A stretch of DNA of 63,516 nt, the filler included, from Octopus bimaculoides (taxonomy: Eukaryota): NCBI RefSeq assembly GCF_001194135.2. It is 6 parts of 6 records of this genome, joined end to end, with 100 filler letters (N's around TTAATTAATTAA, not from the genome) between each part and the next. Parts side by side here need not be neighbours in the genome. Positions count along the whole stretch, not along the records: positions 56,040 to 61,257 come from NC_068992.1; positions 61,358 to 63,516 come from NC_069004.1; 4 more parts are not named here. One strand, written 5' to 3'. Shown here one piece after another: positions 60,972 to 63,516 of the stretch. How positions within the stretch are numbered: the stretch's first letter is position 1; the number at the start of each line of letters is the position of its first letter. The translations under genes were made by a program, and so were the position numbers. The notes beneath the pieces are model-generated. The model made no database searches. It was not told where the DNA came from and saw nothing but the letters and a program-made list of their open reading frames with translations.

Positions 60972-61257
60972 CAGTAGTTTTATTTTTATAACGTGCTTTC
61001 ACTTCACTACCGAGCGCAGCTCTGTGCGCCTTGGGTATGTGCTGTGGTTTGCTGTGGTGCTCTTATGTTTACTGTATTGAAAGTGTTTTGCGTAGAATGT
61101 GTGCAGTACCCAGTAGTGCAATTTTCTGTATGTTATATATATTTGTAAGTCCTGCTATTTTTGTTATGTATTTGTCTGAATATTTTTTTATTATACCTAA
61201 GGCACCTACTATGATAGGAATTGTTTCTGTTTTTAGATTCCACATTCGAGTTATATC
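60972..61257 (-). mobile_element. R4/Dong-type RLE 3' end (5' part lost in gap), (TAA)n tail at 60958-60971
   Basis: DITRMWNLKTETIPIIVGALGIIKKYSDKYITKIAGLTNIYNIQKIALLGTAHILRKTLSIQ* (stop at 61069-61071). Confidence 0.9.
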
Positions 61258-61357
61258 NNNNNNNNNNNNNNNNNNNNNNNNNNNNNNNNNNNNNNNNNNN
61301 NTTAATTAATTAANNNNNNNNNNNNNNNNNNNNNNNNNNNNNNNNNNNNNNNNNNNN

Positions 61358-61392
<35 letters not shown>

Positions 61393-62147
61393 TATACATA
61401 GATATATATATAAAATAGCCAAACCGATATAGGAGTTCTTATAACAGATAATATAACTCACCCTGTTGCGTATATAGGTATATTAATAGCCAGGTAGTTA
61501 AGATACATAGACGACAAATAGAGAGGACGACAGATAGACAGACAGAAGGTCAGACAGACATACAAACAGACAGACGGATCGATACATATGATAGATAAAT
61601 GGATGGATAGATAGACTGATAGATAAACAAATGGATATGCGCAAACAGATATAGATATATATATAGATAAACAGATAGACAGACAGACAGACTGATAGAT
61701 AGACAGTTAAAGATGCACAACTACCTACAGGCATTTGACACATAAATCTATGCATGCTATATATATATATATATATATATATGCACATACATATCTTACA
61801 TGCATACATTGAATATTAAAAATATATTACCGTTTGTAAAGGTATTCTCATTAGAAAATCAGGTGGATGTCTCCGTGGATAGCTTTTTTTAAAACTGAAT
61901 GGAGTATGTAAGACCACTTGACTTTTACATATTTCCGGTTTGTTTACTGGAGAAGAAAAAAAGACATATATATATATTCATACAAACTTATATATACAAG
62001 CGAAAATACATAAGAAGATATTCTTACATATATATAATACGTTCACACCTATATGTATGTAGATAGTTATATGTGCATATATATATATGTATATGTAGGT
62101 TTTGTAAATCTATTTGCATAGGTAGAAATACTTAGTATGTGAATTAA

Positions 62148-62151
<4 letters not shown>

Positions 62152-62215
<64 letters not shown>
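62152..62215. repeat. (ATCT)n array
   Basis: Read directly from the sequence. Confidence 0.95.
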
Positions 62216-62216
<1 letters not shown>

Positions 62217-62217
62217 G

Positions 62218-62248
<31 letters not shown>

Positions 62249-62971
62249 NNNNNNNNNNNNNNNNNNNNNNNNNNNNNNNNNNNNNNNNNNNNNNNNNNNN
62301 NNNNNNNNNNNNNNNNNNNNNNNNNNNNNNNNNNNNNNNNNNNNNNNNNNNNNNNNNNNNNNNNNNNNNNNNNNNNNNNNNNNNNNNNNNNNNNNNNNNN
62401 NNNNNNNNNNNNNNNNNNNNNNNNNNNNNNNNNNNNNNNNNNNNNNNNNNNNNNNNNNNNNNNNNNNNNNNNNNNNNNNNNNNNNNNNNNNNNNNNNNNN
62501 NNNNNNNNNNNNNNNNNNNNNNNNNNNNNNNNNNNNNNNNNNNNNNNNNNNNNNNNNNNNNNNNNNNNNNNNNNNNNNNNNNNNNNNNNNNNNNNNNNNN
62601 NNNNNNNNNNNNNNNNNNNNNNNNNNNNNNNNNNNNNNNNNNNNNNNNNNNNNNNNNNNNNNNNNNNNNNNNNNNNNNNNNNNNNNNNNNNNNNNNNNNN
62701 NNNNNNNNNNNNNNNNNNNNNNNNNNNNNNNNNNNNNNNNNNNNNNNNNNNNNNNNNNNNNNNNNNNNNNNNNNNNNNNNNNNNNNNNNNNNNNNNNNNN
62801 NNNNNNNNNNNNNNNNNNNNNNNNNNNNNNNNNNNNNNNNNNNNNNNNNNNNNNNNNNNNNNNNNNNNNNNNNNNNNNNNNNNNNNNNNNNNNNNNNNNN
62901 NNNNNNNNNNNNNNNNNNNNNNNNNNNNNNNNNNNNNNNNNNNNNNNNNNNNNNNNNNNNNNNNNNNNNNN

Positions 62972-63012
<41 letters not shown>

Positions 63013-63294
63013 ACATATACACATAGATACACATACTCACACACACATACACACACATACACACACATACACAAACATACATATACATTCATCGATACAC
63101 GTATATGTATTCTTTTGAATACGTATGTCTTATGCATATCAGACTAGGCATTGGTTGGTATCAGCGTATTTTAATGTTTACTGAACATATAATACGTATA
63201 TGTAATATTCTGTACGACATCAATATGCCGGTCGCCCGCAACTGGGCTTCCATACTCTCAAATCTCTTGATGCAACTGTTTTTTTTTCTTTTAG

Positions 63295-63328
63295 CTACAC
63301 TCGTAGAAACTGATACAGAAAGAAAAAG
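63295..63328 (+). CDS. Candidate internal coding exon (34 nt), product unknown
   Basis: Acceptor gtttttttttcttttag, donor AAG|gtaatg. The only open frame is (A)TLVETDTERK. Confidence 0.3.
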
Positions 63329-63463
63329 GTAATGGTCTGCTTGTCTCTCAATATGTCTGCCTTCTTATGCCTCTCACTCACTATTTGTCTTTATCTATCT
63401 ATGTATCTATATATATATGGCTATGCATACATACATACATATGTATGTGTGTACGTAAGTATG

Positions 63464-63499
<36 letters not shown>

Positions 63500-63516
63500 T
63501 AGATATATATACATAT

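Overview
This is AT-rich, microsatellite-dense, gapped eukaryotic genomic DNA. The tRNA-derived SINE types, the (TA)n-flanked gaps and the transposon mix fit an octopod cephalopod (inference from pattern recall, not verified). There is no complete protein-coding gene, rRNA, true tRNA or CRISPR array, and almost every ORF in the track is a microsatellite or N-gap artefact. The window reads as intronic or intergenic DNA full of decayed mobile elements. These include a Penelope-like RT fragment running off the left edge, at least seven fragments of R4/Dong-type (RLE) non-LTR retrotransposons sitting in (TAA)n tracts, and RTE and CR1/L2 remnants. DNA elements include three mariner remnants (one built from two 5' ends), a maT/DD37D deletion derivative, pogo/Tigger, hAT and Helitron fragments, and several MITEs. 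There are also about 20 SINE copies. A few short exon-like segments occur on both strands, but none can be assigned to a gene. The most interesting pattern is that all three Dong-type insertion sites abut a SINE-derived microsatellite, two of them tail-to-tail with an antisense CORE-type SINE. At one site several different Dong subfamilies are stacked in tandem. This suggests SINE tails seed landing pads for a microsatellite-targeting retrotransposon. Boundaries of decayed elements are approximate; all family assignments are by motif recognition, and no search was run.
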